A program made the position numbers and the translations under genes. This document shows positions 1-12,470 of a stretch of 42,640 nucleotides of DNA, in pieces (the stretch's first letter is position 1; every line of letters begins with the position of its first letter). A model generated the notes under the pieces. That model saw only the letters and a list, made by a program, of their open reading frames with translations. It made no database searches and was not told the DNA's origin. The stretch is from Octopus bimaculoides (taxonomy: Eukaryota), in contig NC_068986.1 in NCBI RefSeq assembly GCF_001194135.2, positions 115,704,605-115,747,244 of the forward strand, read 5' to 3'.

Positions 1-33
1 TATATATATATCACAGATAGATAGATTTTGTAG

Positions 34-64
<31 letters not shown>

Positions 65-367
65 TGTATGTGTGTGTATGTATGTATGTATGTATGTATA
101 TGAGCGTGTTCGTGGGCGTACTTGCAGAAGGGTTTAATGCTTCTTAAAAGTTTGTCAAACTGGAGAACAACTAAGGAAGTATTAGAAAAGTACATCCGAC
201 ATATATATATCGAAATAGAGTTGCGTAAATACGTCATACGAGAAGTATGTGGTTGTGAGCTGTGTATATATGTGGATGTATTCTGTACATTGCGTGTTAT
301 ATAGATGCATGCGTATATAAATATATATGAACATTTATGTACATATAGGTATTTGTGCATGAATATT

Positions 368-421
<54 letters not shown>

Positions 422-432
422 GGTGTGTGTGT
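1..432. repeat. (TA)n, (TATG)n and (GT)n microsatellites
   Basis: Direct reading: (TATG)n about 38-100, (GT)n 371-432. Confidence 0.95.
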
Positions 433-499
433 ATGTACTCTTTTAATCGCTTTAGCACAAGAGCTGCGGCCATGCTGGGGCACTGTTATTAGTTTTGCT

Positions 500-2452
500 A
501 CACTTTCATAGCGTCAGTCCTCCTCTGATATGAAGCATTTGGTGAATGAGGGAGTTTCATGTTGCTGCCCTCGTTTGCATTTCCTGCAGCGAGGTAGGTT
601 CATCCGGAACTCTTCACAGGAGAAGATCAAGTTTTGTTTTGAAAACACATCCACCCCATTTAGGTCTTTCGTGCTTTATGGGAAGATATTGAAGAGCTGT
701 GTGCCCTTGAAACCCAAACTCATGCAGTATCTGGTCTAGCATCTTGATGGCAATAATGGGATTTTGTCCCTCTGCAGTGGCACCCCGTTTTGTAGTTTTT
801 ATAATGCCAAAGTTTGGTCCAAGTCCTTCCTGGATTTTCCAATTGTATATCCTCGCCTGTCTTTCCCGCCTTCGTTCTAGGAAGTACAGTCTTCTCTTTT
901 TCAGCATTTTCCAGTTGCTGACCTGTCACATTGGAACTATCTTCTTTGTGTAACTTCCGTGGATTGCTTCGAGTTCCGTCAACCATAGCTGACACTAGTT
1001 GTTTAAGCGACCTTGGACAAATGTCCTCCAGAAGGCCATCGTAGTTTCTTATTCTCTCGTTCTGAAAGTTCTAAGGATCCATCCTGCCAGTTACCTGCAC
1101 TTTATAGCTAACTTGGTAATATACACCTGGATAGATGCATCTTTACTCATGCCTTTAGCCTGATTCGTATTCAGGGATTGCTGTCCCTCCTGGGCCTGTG
1201 TCTTGTCTGCATTTCATGTGGCCTCGTATGCCTATAGTAAATGGTCATGTTATTGTTCTGGGTCCACCTGTATACTCTATATTGCGTCTAATTCCCTTTG
1301 CAAGTATGTAGCATCTCCAAGGTTCTGTATCTTTTGAGAGACTTTTGTATCGTCTGCATAGCTAGCAAAGTTGGTTATCTGAGCAGCTGGGAGCATTTCT
1401 GAGAGGACTACAGTGAATAGCACAGGCCCTAAAACAGTGCTCTGCGATATACCACTCACTATAGGTGTTTCTTTAGCGATGGTTCTTCTAGCTATCACAG
1501 CCTGACTTTTATCTTCTAAACAGTCACGTAGACATTCTACAAGTTTTCCGACATTGTCGAGATCACACAGCTTATTTCTTTATTGCCCACAGGGGGCTAA
1601 ACATAGAGGGGACAAACAAGGACAGACAAAGAGATTAAGTCGATTACATCGACCCCAGTGCGTAGCTGGTACTTAATTTATCGACCCCGAAAGGATGAAA
1701 GGCAAAGTCGACCTCGTCGGAATTTGAACTCAAAACGTAGCGGCGGACGAAATGCCGCTAAGCATTTCGCCCGGCGTGCTAACGTTTCTGCCAGTTCTCA
1801 GCTCGAGATCACACAGCTTGGGATACAAACCATAGTCGACGTTATCAAAGGCTTTTGCAAAGTCGAGATATATCACATTCACATTTGATCTGTTGAGCTG
1901 ATGCTTTAGCACCAATCGTAGTGCTGTGAGAGCTGTGTCAGGCAAATCCTACCTGGTCGACAAATCATTCTCTTCAAGGAACACGATTGGTTTCCATCTT
2001 CTTTCTATGATTTTGCCAATGTGTGAGGTCAGAGAGATAGGCCTGTAGGCTTTCGCATCTACTCTGCTTCCTTCTTTATTGACAGGGCATATTATTCCCC
2101 CACTACAACTTGACAGGGAGCTGACCAATTGCAAGGAAGTTCTGGAAAAGAAACTGCATAGGTTTTGCTAGAGCTCATTTGCATGATTTAAAAAGGATTG
2201 TTGGGAATCTATCAGGGCCAGTACCTCATCTATGTCCAGTATTACATCTTTGATGTCGATATAATAAATTATTATACCTCGCTGATTACAGCTGAAGTGG
2301 CAAAGAGCTCCCCGGGTTTGTTCACTTGCCTGTGTCCTAATGGGTATGGGACTGGCTGGAAACGCTTTTGAACTGTTCGTTCAGTAGTGTTTCATTTATA
2401 CTCTTTGGGTTTCCTGTGTGGGAGCCGTCCTTTTGGAAGAGTGACCCTATCT
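500..2452 (-). mobile_element. Decayed, 5'-truncated CR1/Jockey-group LINE (RT domain and C-terminus)
   Basis: Minus-strand peptides across stops and frameshifts: YRPISLTSHIGKIIER, IYLDFAKAFD, GISQSTVLGPVLF, FASYADDTK (RT catalytic motif), LYFLERRRER..WKI..GL.PN, FKTKLDLLL*RVPDEP. Split by a SINE at 1574-1802. Confidence 0.9.
1574..1802 (-). mobile_element. SINE family B copy inserted in the LINE RT, with 17-bp TSD
   Basis: TCGAGATCACACAGCTT occurs at 1557-1573 and 1803-1819. Body matches copies at 5498, 12250 and 27960. Confidence 0.9.
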
Positions 2453-2584
2453 ATGTATGTATAAATATACATATGTATAGCATTACTTACCTCCGGTAAG
2501 TAGTGCTAAATATTCCTTACAGTCTTCTGCAGTATTTGAGGTCCATCGTCACGCATGATTAATTCACACAGAAGATATAATGTC

Positions 2585-2938
2585 GGAGAAATTATTAACT
2601 GTTTACTTGTTAGATAGTCTCAATAACAAACTATCTCTTTAAAGGTTTGTACTGCCTGGCTTCATGCACGTCTCCCTATCATATAAGTGTGGGGGGGGGG
2701 GTTATCCCGAAAGAAATTAAAGTAGAAAAAGACCCCACAATTTTCAAACGGTACCTTGCCAAATTCTTCCAGGAAATACCGGATAAACCATCTGCATACG
2801 TCTCAGCCAAAAACAACTCTCTGCTTGAGTGGTTCATAGTGTCCCGAAATAATTAACTAAAAGACTTTTCCAGGTGGTGCTATTGAGTTAGTCATGACCT
2901 GGGCCAATAATGGCCGAAACCAATCTAACTTACCTAAG
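2585..2938 (+). mobile_element. 3' end fragment of a CR1-like LINE
   Basis: ORF 2647-2856 ends FKRYLAKFFQEIPDKPSAYVSAKNNSLLEW, a typical CR1-group C-terminus. A homologous tail lies at 15785-16075 (-). Confidence 0.7.
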
Positions 2939-3004
2939 TAATGTATGTATGTATATATGTATGTATGTATATACATATATAATACATATATATATATATG
3001 TGTG

Positions 3005-3188
3005 TGTCTGTGTCCCCATTATCACTTGACAACCGATGTTGGAGTGTTTACGTCCCTGTAACTTAGCGGTTTACCAAAAGAGACCGATAGAATAAGTACT
3101 AGACTTACAAAGAATATCTCTTGGGGTCGATTCGTTCGACTAAAGGCGGTGCTCCAGCATGGCCGCAGATTGAAACAAATAAAAGAAA
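3005..3188 (+). mobile_element. SINE family A, 3' half
   Basis: cttgacaaccgatgttgg...ggcggtgctccagcatggccgcag, matching copies at 18750, 22545 and 40421. Confidence 0.85.
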
Positions 3189-3194
3189 TAATAC

Positions 3195-3245
<51 letters not shown>

Positions 3246-3246
<1 letters not shown>

Positions 3247-3596
3247 TGGCACTCCGTCGGTTACGACGACAAGGGTTCCAGTTGATCCGATCAATGGAAC
3301 AGCCTGCTCGTGAAATTAACGTGCAAGTGGCCGAGCACTCCACAGACACGTGTACCCTTAACGTAGTTCTCGGGGCTAGATTCACCGTGACACAGAGTGT
3401 GACAGGGCTGGCCCTTTGAAATACAGGTGCAACAGAAACAGGAAGAAAAAGCGAGAGAAATTTGTGGTAAAAGAGTACACCAGGGCTCGCCACCATCCGC
3501 TGCTCAACAAACACTCTCAACGCTCGGTCTGGGAATCGAAACTGCGATCCCACGACCGCGAGTTCACCGCCCAAACCACTGGGCCATTGCGTTTCC
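3246..3596 (-). mobile_element. tRNA-derived SINE (family C)
   Basis: Minus-strand head with Pol III box A TGGCCCAGTGG (3577-3587) and box B GTTTCGATTCC (3532-3542). Confidence 0.8.
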
Positions 3597-3799
3597 ACTA
3601 TGTATATATATATACACATATAGATAATGTAGAAGTAAGAATCAAATTTATAGCAAATCAAGTTCACATATACATTTATATTTATTTAGCCTTAGACCCA
3701 GCATGGTTGAATTTCTCCAAAAGTATATTCAATACATCAAACATATTAAAAATAAATAAAGTAATCAATACATTAAAAATACATAATAATAATAAAAAA

Positions 3800-5125
3800 T
3801 AAATTTTGAAAATATAAATACGTATATAGGTCGACTTACAGATTATAAAACGAAGTCATAAAAAGAGTTAAGAGTGTATAAGAGAAAACGTTTGGGTGTT
3901 ATTAATCTAGTTAATAATCTTACGGCCGTTTCTGCGGACCGGTTATCCAGTCACAAAAATGATATTTACATCAATTTTTGGACACCTTCATCAGGGAAAA
4001 ATAAATTTCTAAAAAGGTTCACATGTCGTGCGTTTTTCTAATGGGAATTACTTACTGGGTGTTTTTATAGAGCTATATGCCAAAGACCAGAGAGTAGAAG
4101 TGTTTTTGAGTGATTGGAAGAGGAGATACAATGCATGATAAGATAAGGTTACTAATGGCTGTATAGGTAGAGGATAAGAGGAGGGGGTGTTGTTTTATTT
4201 TTCATGAAAAGTTTCAGTTGGTGTGGAGGCTGGTTTTCATCTCTATCCAGAATCATAATACAAAAATGTTGAGTAAAACCAGTTTGCAAGAATAGATGGC
4301 GTCGGAAAATTTATTTAATATTGAGGAGTTGTGTAAACAGAATAATTAATGACTCTTTTAAGCATAGCTTTCATTTGCCTATCTTTGTATTTTATTAGAG
4401 ACCAAACCAGTATATATTGTATGTTTTGTGATTTAATATCATATGTGTGTGTGGCTAATGATGTCGAGAATTTGTACTTTATCTTAGTGAAAGAATTTAA
4501 GCTCGATATTGCCGTTTAAAATCTATGGTGTTACCGATGTAGTCTTTGCTTGGTGTTTACCTGGTGTTTCTACACTACATTAATAAACTACATTTTCACG
4601 AGGACAGAAGCCCCCAAGGGGGCATGCATTAGGTATACGAAAATTACAGGTTTTCCTTTTTGTCCTACCATTTATATCAGTTGTGTTCTTGCTATTTTTA
4701 GGACTAATATGGGGTGCTGTACAAGAGTTTGCGTGTGTATTAGTATGAAGCTGAATTTTACTTTTATTAATAGAAGCTATTATAGTTCCTAAATTTAGTG
4801 TGGTGGAGTAAGACAATTTGACTGACGATTTGTTAAAGACAGAGTGTATCTATGATGCTGCGGAAAGTTTGATTTCAGAATTTTAAAAAATAGTTTAGGC
4901 AAAGATTTAACTTGGAGAGAAAATGGCAGTGCGTACAATAGGATGTCTCATTTTTTAGGCATAGAATATGCTGTTACATTGGATTGGTCATGAAAGGGAG
5001 TATTATAATTACTATAAATTCTGGATGGCTTATGATGGCTTCTGGATGGCTTATAGGTTCTTAACTCTTTGTATATGTGAATTTGATTTGCCTAAATTTG
5101 ATTCTTACATCTACAATATTCTAAC
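3800..5125 (-). mobile_element. Decayed Penelope-like element, 3' part (RT-endonuclease linker, GIY-YIG region, terminal repeat)
   Basis: Minus-strand NFPQHHRY, FNKSSVKLSYSTTLNLGTIIASIN and TCNFRIPNACPLGGFCPRENVVY match the PLE pattern N.VKVSYS..N...II..HN..CNCR....CPL.G.C...VVY. A degenerate HHR-like motif lies at the 3' end. Confidence 0.75.
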
Positions 5126-5497
5126 GCCTCAGGTTTTAATATCTTGAGTACTTCAAAGTGAAGTCTATGCATTGGAGAAAATCTTTTTCCTTATAATCAT
5201 ATGTATATATACACCTTAAGCTCTGTGTGCGTGCGTGCATGTGTGTGTGTGTGCGTAATAACAATAACAAACAATTGAAAAATGTTTGCCCATAAAAATT
5301 ACTGTTTTTGTAATGTATATATGTGTATATATGTGTGTGTATGCATATGTATGTATACATGAATATTTACACACATACACACATACAAACGTACATATGT
5401 ATAAATTATCTTTAAAATTGCACACACGCACATGCAAAAACACGCGCGAGCGCATGCACTCACGTGTATATATATTCTTTTAATAATTGTTAAATAT

Positions 5498-5722
5498 GGC
5501 ATCGAGCTGGCAGAAACGTTAGCACGCCGGTAAAAATGCTGAGCAGGTTTTCATCCGTCTTTACGTTCTGCGTTCAAATTCCGCTGCGTTCGACTTTGCC
5601 TTTTATCCTCTCGAGATCGATAAAATAAGTACCAATTGAACATTGAGTCGATGTAATCGACTTATTCCCCACCCCCGCTCCGCAATTGCTGACCTTGCAT
5701 CAAAATTTGAAACTATTATTAA
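5498..5722 (+). mobile_element. SINE family B
   Basis: ggcatcgagctggcagaaacgttagcacgcc...gttcaaattccgc...cgactttgcctttt, homologous to 1574-1802. Confidence 0.85.
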
Positions 5723-6609
5723 ATAGTTCCGTTAAAAAAATGTCTGGACAAATTAATTATATGACCGTCGTTTCTTTTTCTTTCCTTCATTCTTTATCTC
5801 TTTGTTTTCTTTCTCTGTATAAACAGATACTTTGCTTTCTAAATATCGTCACATTTTCTAAAATATCTTTTTATAATTTATCAAACCCGAGCTTTTTTTC
5901 CTCCTTTTTCAGTTTTTTTTTTCTAATCTGATTCCTATTAATATGGCCTGATATATCTGTGAAATTATTTTCACTTCATAACATGTGTGTGATAAATATG
6001 TAATCTGCTTGACGATGCAGTGAGTATTTTTGAAAAATGACGGCAGATGTTATGTCCACGTGATCGTCTGTTTTCGTTTTTGCTTTCCCTTTGTTTGTCT
6101 TTTTATTTAGTTTTTGGGTTTGTGTAAGATTGTTTCAAGAACAGATATACACAACAGTATTCTTTCGAGCTGCAAGAGAGGAGAAACACCATCTACTTTT
6201 CGCATGTTTGGCAGTTAAAAAACTTTGGCCTAAACAAATTGATAATTCTACATTGAATGGTGGAATTCACCAAATCATATTCGAGACAATCGGATTCCCT
6301 AGATTATGCACCAGCAAAATATTTTCTTTTTCTTTTTTTGTTTCGTCTTTTTTTTATCTTCACATTTTCTGATAACTTAGTAAATTCAAGAAATGAGATG
6401 GTCTCGAGAAGCAGTAACCAGAACGAATATATTTTAAGAAATTTAGTCCTTCAAGAAATGGAATATAACGCAAAGGCACAATTCAATTCTTTGTAATTAC
6501 CTGAATTCTATGTCAAAGATTTTTTATAAAACAGAAAAAAAAATTACGGATTTGTACTTGCTCAGCAAGTGATTTGATCTGAGATCGTCTGCTGAAACAA
6601 AAACAATTT

Positions 6610-6838
6610 CAGCATGGAAGGTGTTTATAAACCATTTAAAAACACAAAAGAAACCGTTAGATTCACTTCAACATTTAAATTTAATTTGTGTCAGATGCAG
6701 CACGAAGTTTTGCCAGTGAACAGGTCGCGGTTTCAAAGCAACGAAAATATTTTGACACAAAATAAATTTAAATGCTGAAGTGAATCTAACGGTTTTTTGT
6801 GTGTGTTTTAAATGGCTTACAAACACCTTCCACGTTGC
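6610..6838. mobile_element. Foldback/MITE-like inverted repeat
   Basis: Arms 6610-6693 and 6753-6838 are reverse complements (GGAAGGTGTTT..CCGTTAGATTCACTTCA..TTTAAATTT..TGTGTCA) with a spacer of about 60 bp. Confidence 0.8.
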
Positions 6839-6889
6839 AGAAAAAAATTATCCCTGTTCATTTTTATATAAGACTCCATGATATCAAGA

Positions 6890-7200
6890 AACTTTCTTCT
6901 TTAGGTACCATTCCCAGAATGTAGGATATAGGCAATCATGTCCTACCACAAATCTCTATTCTTTGTTTTCTGTGACACTTCCACTTCCTGATGTTTAATG
7001 CCTCTTTCTTCTAATCAGTTCTTCAAGCTCATCATCCATATTACCCTTCTCTTTCTTCTGCTTATTTTCCCTTCAATCCTTCCGGTCATTGCTAAATTCT
7101 CCAGGGCCCTCTTTCCTCATCACATGACCAAGAAATCTCAGTTGTTTGGTCTTTATCTCACGAAGCAATTTCTTAATTACTGCACCCAGGCTCATTACTT
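6890..7200 (-). mobile_element. RTE-clade LINE 3' fragment
   Basis: Minus strand encodes LLREIKTKQLRFLGHVMRKEG, the RTE C-terminal QLRFLGHVMR motif. Confidence 0.75.
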
Positions 7201-7289
7201 TATTATACAATAAAATACCATTTCCATTACTGCCATTTTTTTTTTTGTTTGTTTGAATTTCAACAAAATTACTTTTTCCACATTATATT

Positions 7290-7680
7290 ACATACATGGA
7301 CACTGACAAAGAAATTATCAAACGGGTTAAATGGATGCTACGAATGGCCCTAAATGTGAAATGGCAGCAACATATGATAAATGAATATCTTTATGGAGAC
7401 CTGCCGAAAGTTAACGAGAAGGCCAGGCAAGGGCGGCTGCGACTAACTGATCACTGCGTGCACTACCCTCAACTGGAAGCACCCAGATTAGTCTTGTGGT
7501 GTCCACTTCATGGTAATGTTAGAAGAGGAAAACATCGTCACACCTACATGGACAACTTGATTGCAGACGCTGGCCTGGAATGTATCCAGGACCTCGAAGC
7601 AGTGATCATGGACCGAGAAGTGTAGCAAGTGAACTTTGTTGCTGCGGCCCGGGTTGGAACCCGGTCATAAAAAAAAGAAT
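7290..7680 (+). mobile_element. RTE/RTE-X LINE 3' fragment
   Basis: ORF 7296-7625 MLRMALNVKWQQHMINEYLYGDLPKV..RLRLTDHC..LVLW.P.HG..RGK..TYMDNL matches the RTE C-terminus. An A-run follows at about 7670. Confidence 0.8.
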
Positions 7681-9151
7681 TTCTGCCACCATCACTCACA
7701 CAAATACCAAGGGATCAACGTTGAGAAAGCGATCAACATGGCCCCTACTACATAGACTCACATCACTTGATTGTTTACATCTGAAGACGGGTTTTTGCGC
7801 CAGAAATAAAACTTATTCAACTTTTCACTTTGTAAGACGTTCTCCGTCTTCATTGTTTTGTTATTTTAACTTTTATATCACAATGCTTCAAGCAAACAAC
7901 AACGTTTAATTTTATAGCATTTCAACCTTCTTGGTCTTACGTCATACTCTTGCCTTTTTATCCTTCATTTCCACCTTTATGATCTTTTGATAGCTTTTTA
8001 CTATTTTTCCTAATTTTCTATTTCCATTTTCTTTTTCTCCCTTTTCCCCGATTCATTTCTTTTCGTTTATTTTTCCTACTTTCGATGTATTTATCAAACT
8101 CGCTTCTTGTTACTTCTACTTCTCCCTCTTCCTATTTTAATCCTTTCGCATGAAATTATTTATTGCTTCCTCTACATTTTCCCCTCTCTACCTTCTGCTC
8201 AACTCTCATATATATATATATATATATANNNNNNNNNNNNNNNNNNNNNNNNNNNNNNNNNNNNNNNNNNNNNNNNNNNNNNNNNNNNNNNNNNNNNNNN
8301 NNNNNNNNNNNNNNNNNNNNNNNNNNNNNNNNNNNNNNNNNNNNNNNNNNNNNNNNNNNNNNNNNNNNNNNNNNNNNNNNNNNNNNNNNNNNNNNNNNNN
8401 NNNNNNNNNNNNNNNNNNNNNNNNNNNNNNNNNNNNNNNNNNNNNNNNNNNNNNNNNNNNNNNNNNNNNNNNNNNNNNNNNNNNNNNNNNNNNNNNNNNN
8501 NNNNNNNNNNNNNNNNNNNNNNNNNNNNNNNNNNNNNNNNNNNNNNNNNNNNNNNNNNNNNNNNNNNNATATATATAATTCTTCTATACCACTTGCAAAT
8601 ATATATATATCTCTTTAATTCACCCTCCTCCCTTAAAAGCACTCTTATTTCCTACTTCCATTTTCTTTCCGATCTCTCTCTCTCTCTCTCTCTCCCTCTG
8701 TTACACATTTCTATCTCTTTATTCCTGCCTCTCTCTCTCCGGCAGCTACATTCATTCTGCTAAATACGTGTATTTATTTATTTATCAAAAGATTTAATCA
8801 TCGTAGTCCATCATAATATTTATGTTTTCATAAGTTTCTTCACTTTCATCAAGTATCTATAACACAAATGACTGCTCTGGAATAAAACTCAAAACTCCTT
8901 TTTAACAACAGTACAAATCTCGGATTAAACAACTGTGAAACTCTAATATTTTTCCACTCGTCTTATTAGAATTAAACTTGGTGGTTCTAATCGAAATACA
9001 TCACATAATCAGCTGCAGCGTTTTTCTTTACTTTTGTATTTTTCGATAATTTCTTTGGTTTTATATAAAGCAGAATTACGATTCTATTAAAAACATTTTT
9101 CAAACTTTTATTTTTTTAATTTTGTCCCTCTTCATTTTCTAAAATATTTTT

Positions 9152-9612
9152 GCGTAATAAGAAGCTTGCTTCCCAACCACATGGTTCCACGTTCAGTCCG
9201 ACTACGAGGCACCTTGGATATAGTGCCTTCTGCTATAGCCTCGGGCCCACCAAAAGCCTTGTCAGTGGTTTTGGTAGCCGGAAACTGAAAGAAGTTTGTC
9301 GTATATGTATATGTGTTTGTGTGCGTGTGTGCGTGAGAGAGAGAGAGGTAGAGAGACAAATTGTGTGTGTGTGTGTACGTATATGAGAGAGAGGGGGAGA
9401 GAGAGAGTGTATGTGTGTCTTACCAAGCATAACAACCGGTGTTGGTTGGTTTACGTATCCGTGGTTTATCGGTTCGACAAAAGATTTTGGATGGAATAAG
9501 GAACGGGCTTTAAAAAAATAGGCCCTGGAGTCGGTTTGATCGGGAAAAACCCTTGGAGGCGGTGCTCCAGCATGGCCGAAGTCAAATGACTGAAACGAGT
9601 TAAAAATTGAAA
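9152..9612 (+). mobile_element. SINE family A with internal microsatellite
   Basis: Head aagaagcttgcttcccaaccacatggttcc..gttcagtcc, internal (GT)/(GA) run, tail ggcggtgctccagcatggccg. Confidence 0.85.
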
Positions 9613-9756
9613 AGTAAAATGACAAAAAAATATGATTCAGTATAAATTTTTCTTTCAGAATATTTTCTAAAAATTGAGAAAAGGAAGAGCGGCACAATTT
9701 CGCGCGCCCACGCTGCAGCAGGCAACGAATTTCATTTTCTCTGGTGTTTGTATTCA

Positions 9757-10161
9757 TTTACTTGTTTCAATCATTCGACTGCGGCCATGCTGGAGCACCA
9801 CCTTTTGTCGAACAAATCGACCCCAGGACTTATTCTTTGTNNNNNNNNNNNNNNNNNNNNNNNNNNNNNNNNNNNNNNNNNNNNNNNNNNNNNNNNNNNN
9901 NNNNNNNNNNNNNNNNNNNNNNNNNNNNNNNNNNNNNNNNNNNNNNNNNNNNNNNNNNNNNNNNNNNNNNNNNNNNNNNNNNNNNNNNNNNNNNNNNNNN
10001 NNNNNNNNNNNNNNNNNNNNNNNNNNNNNNNNNNNNNNNNNNNNNNNNAAGGCTTTGGTCGACCCGAGGCTATCGTAGAAGATACTTTCCGAAGGTTATA
10101 CACAGTGGGACTGAACCCGGAACCATATGGTTGGGAAGCAAACTTCTTACCACACAGCCAT
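9757..10161 (-). mobile_element. SINE family A, inverted relative to 9152-9612, spanning an N gap
   Basis: Reverse-complement tail (9757-9840) and head (10049-10161) flank the gap. Confidence 0.8.
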
Positions 10162-10940
10162 TCGGGTGTACAAACTATGAAAGCTTGTGTGATTACGTGT
10201 GTGAGTGTGTGTGTAGGACTTTGTCTGCGTGTGGGGAGGAGGGGGTGGTACGCAGATTATAAAAGCTTCCTACGCTTTGTTTGAGTGTTTGGAAAACAGA
10301 TTTACTATAAAGAAAAAACTGGTAAAAATGCAGAAACTTATTATTGCCGCGGCGCCCCTTGGTCGTCAACCAGTCAGACAAGTAACAAGACTAAGAGTTT
10401 CATTTTAAAAGAGAAATCCTCGTTTTCTTCTTTGAATGACCTCTACTTTCTCTCTTTTTCAATAATTTGTATGTAAAATAAAATATAATGCTGTCACATT
10501 TATACACTTGCACACACACATACATACTACACACATACACACGTACACACACACACACGTATACATATATGCATATATACTACATACATATATACAGACA
10601 CAAAAATTTAAAGAAATTGTCTTTTGCCACGCATCGTGCGTGTGCGCGAAATTGCGCGTGGCTTTATTATTTTATCTTGCGAAAATTTTCAAATTTTAAA
10701 AAAAATATTTTTTATAAATCATACTGTCCACTTTTTTCAAATATTCTAATGTTGAAAGGGAAACGAATTTTAAAAGCAGTGAAATTTATTCTTGAAAAGA
10801 TAAATTAGAAAAATAATGTTGAAATATATCAACAAATTTGAACCAGTTATGTGGTGTGCCAACAATTAAAACTTTAGTTAGTTATACTTTGCGTGGAAAA
10901 TATCACTTTTCATTTGAATCAACAACGATACACATATACA

Positions 10941-10973
<33 letters not shown>

Positions 10974-11003
10974 TACATATAGAGTGCGACAGAGGCAGAG
11001 ATC

Positions 11004-11054
<51 letters not shown>

Positions 11055-11139
11055 GCGTGTTCATATATCTATCTATATGTATGCATGAAATTTCGTGAGC
11101 AGGTAGGACGCCTCCTACGTGTCTGTGGAGATGAAAGTT

Positions 11140-11620
11140 ACAGAGTTAGAAAGGAAAGGATAATTTGGTTCAATCCTCCGTACAACCAAGTTTCCATTAA
11201 CATAACTAGGAACATCCTGGCGCAAATCAAAAATCCTTTCACTTTGGCCCATAGATATTATAAACTTTTCAACTCCCATAAGGTTATGGTTACCGACTCG
11301 TATTTAGATAATATTGATCCGAATATCACATGCTACAATAGCCACAAACACACATTCGCACAGCTCCCAACCCACACTCTAACCTGTAACTTTCGAAATC
11401 CTATGAACTTCCCACTGAGAGAATCCTGTCTCCCGAAAGTTGTAGTCCATAGAACTACGCTCACATAATGCGATGGCATTGCAAGATAACATACGGTCAT
11501 GACAATCAATAAGTGTTCCGGATATATACACAACACATTTCTTCAGATGTAGGATTAGGGAAAACTTCACCTCCTTATCCCTCTTCGTCTGGAAACCCTG
11601 ATACCATCAAAATGACTTCC
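11140..11620 (+). mobile_element. Penelope-like element fragment (RT-GIY-YIG linker)
   Basis: ORF 11085-11468 contains RIIWFNPPYNQV..NITRNIL..HRYYKLFN.HKV..SY..N, then TCNFRNPMNFPLRESCLPKVVVHR, the PLE WFNPPY / CNCR..CPL signature. Confidence 0.8.
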
Positions 11621-12249
11621 CTAACATCAAATGCAGTATCTGTGAGTTAGTATCAAGAGGTAGTAATTTTCTACTCTGCTTTCGTGAGAAACTGCCCATA
11701 CTCCATCAGCCCTACAGCGGGTCGGCATCCCATTCAGAGGAATGATTTGATTTCGGTTAACTTGTTTGCCTTGGAAGCCGGGTAACCGGCCTTATAAGAC
11801 TGAGGGCCCTAAAAAACAGAAAGTTAAGGAATTGGCGTAATGAACCCCCGTAGAATGGCAGTTGCTGTTGGCAACCAAGACTTGAAACACAGACCCGTGT
11901 CACAAGTATTCCAGACGTAAGTATCCTGCCTTTATTCTTCTTCGTTCTTTTTTTCATTTCTTAGACAAACTAAATATATACTATATACAGAAAATTAGCA
12001 GTTAGAGTGTCGAAGAAAATATTTTGCAATATTTGTTCTAAACCTTAGCGCTCCAGGTTCAAATCCCAGATAGATAAATACAAAACAAATCCAGGGAAAT
12101 GGACTGCTGGAACCGCAAAAGAATGGGGCCAGATAACGTGTGGTATTTATTTCTGTTTTTGCATTCTCATTTCAAATCCCACCATGTCTGCATGCGCAAA
12201 AACACAAGATATTCAAGACAGAAATACTATTCATTGTACAGGTTCCTGG

Positions 12250-12470
12250 GGCGGTGAGCTGTCAGAATCGTTAGCACGCCGGACGAAATGCTTAGCGGTA
12301 TTTCGTCTGTCGCTACGTTCTGAGTTCAAATTCCGCCGAGGTCGACTTTGCCTTTCATCCCTCCGGAGTCGATGAAATAAGTACCAGTTCCGCACTGGGG
12401 TCGATATAAACGACTAGCCACCTTCCCCCAAAATTTTCAGGGCCTTGTCCCTAGAGTAGAAATAATTCTA
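12250..12470 (+). mobile_element. SINE family B
   Basis: ggcggtgagctgtcagaatcgttagcacgccggacgaaatgcttagc...gagttcaaattccgccgaggtcgactttgcc. Confidence 0.9.

Noticed and set aside
7781-7820. CTGAAGA...GAAA hammerhead-like core
   Set aside because: Helix II is only 2 bp and helix I cannot form; within chance expectation.
11777-11790. GCCGG-GTAA-CCGGC hairpin downstream of the PLE fragment
   Set aside because: No CUGANGA before it and no GAAA after it.
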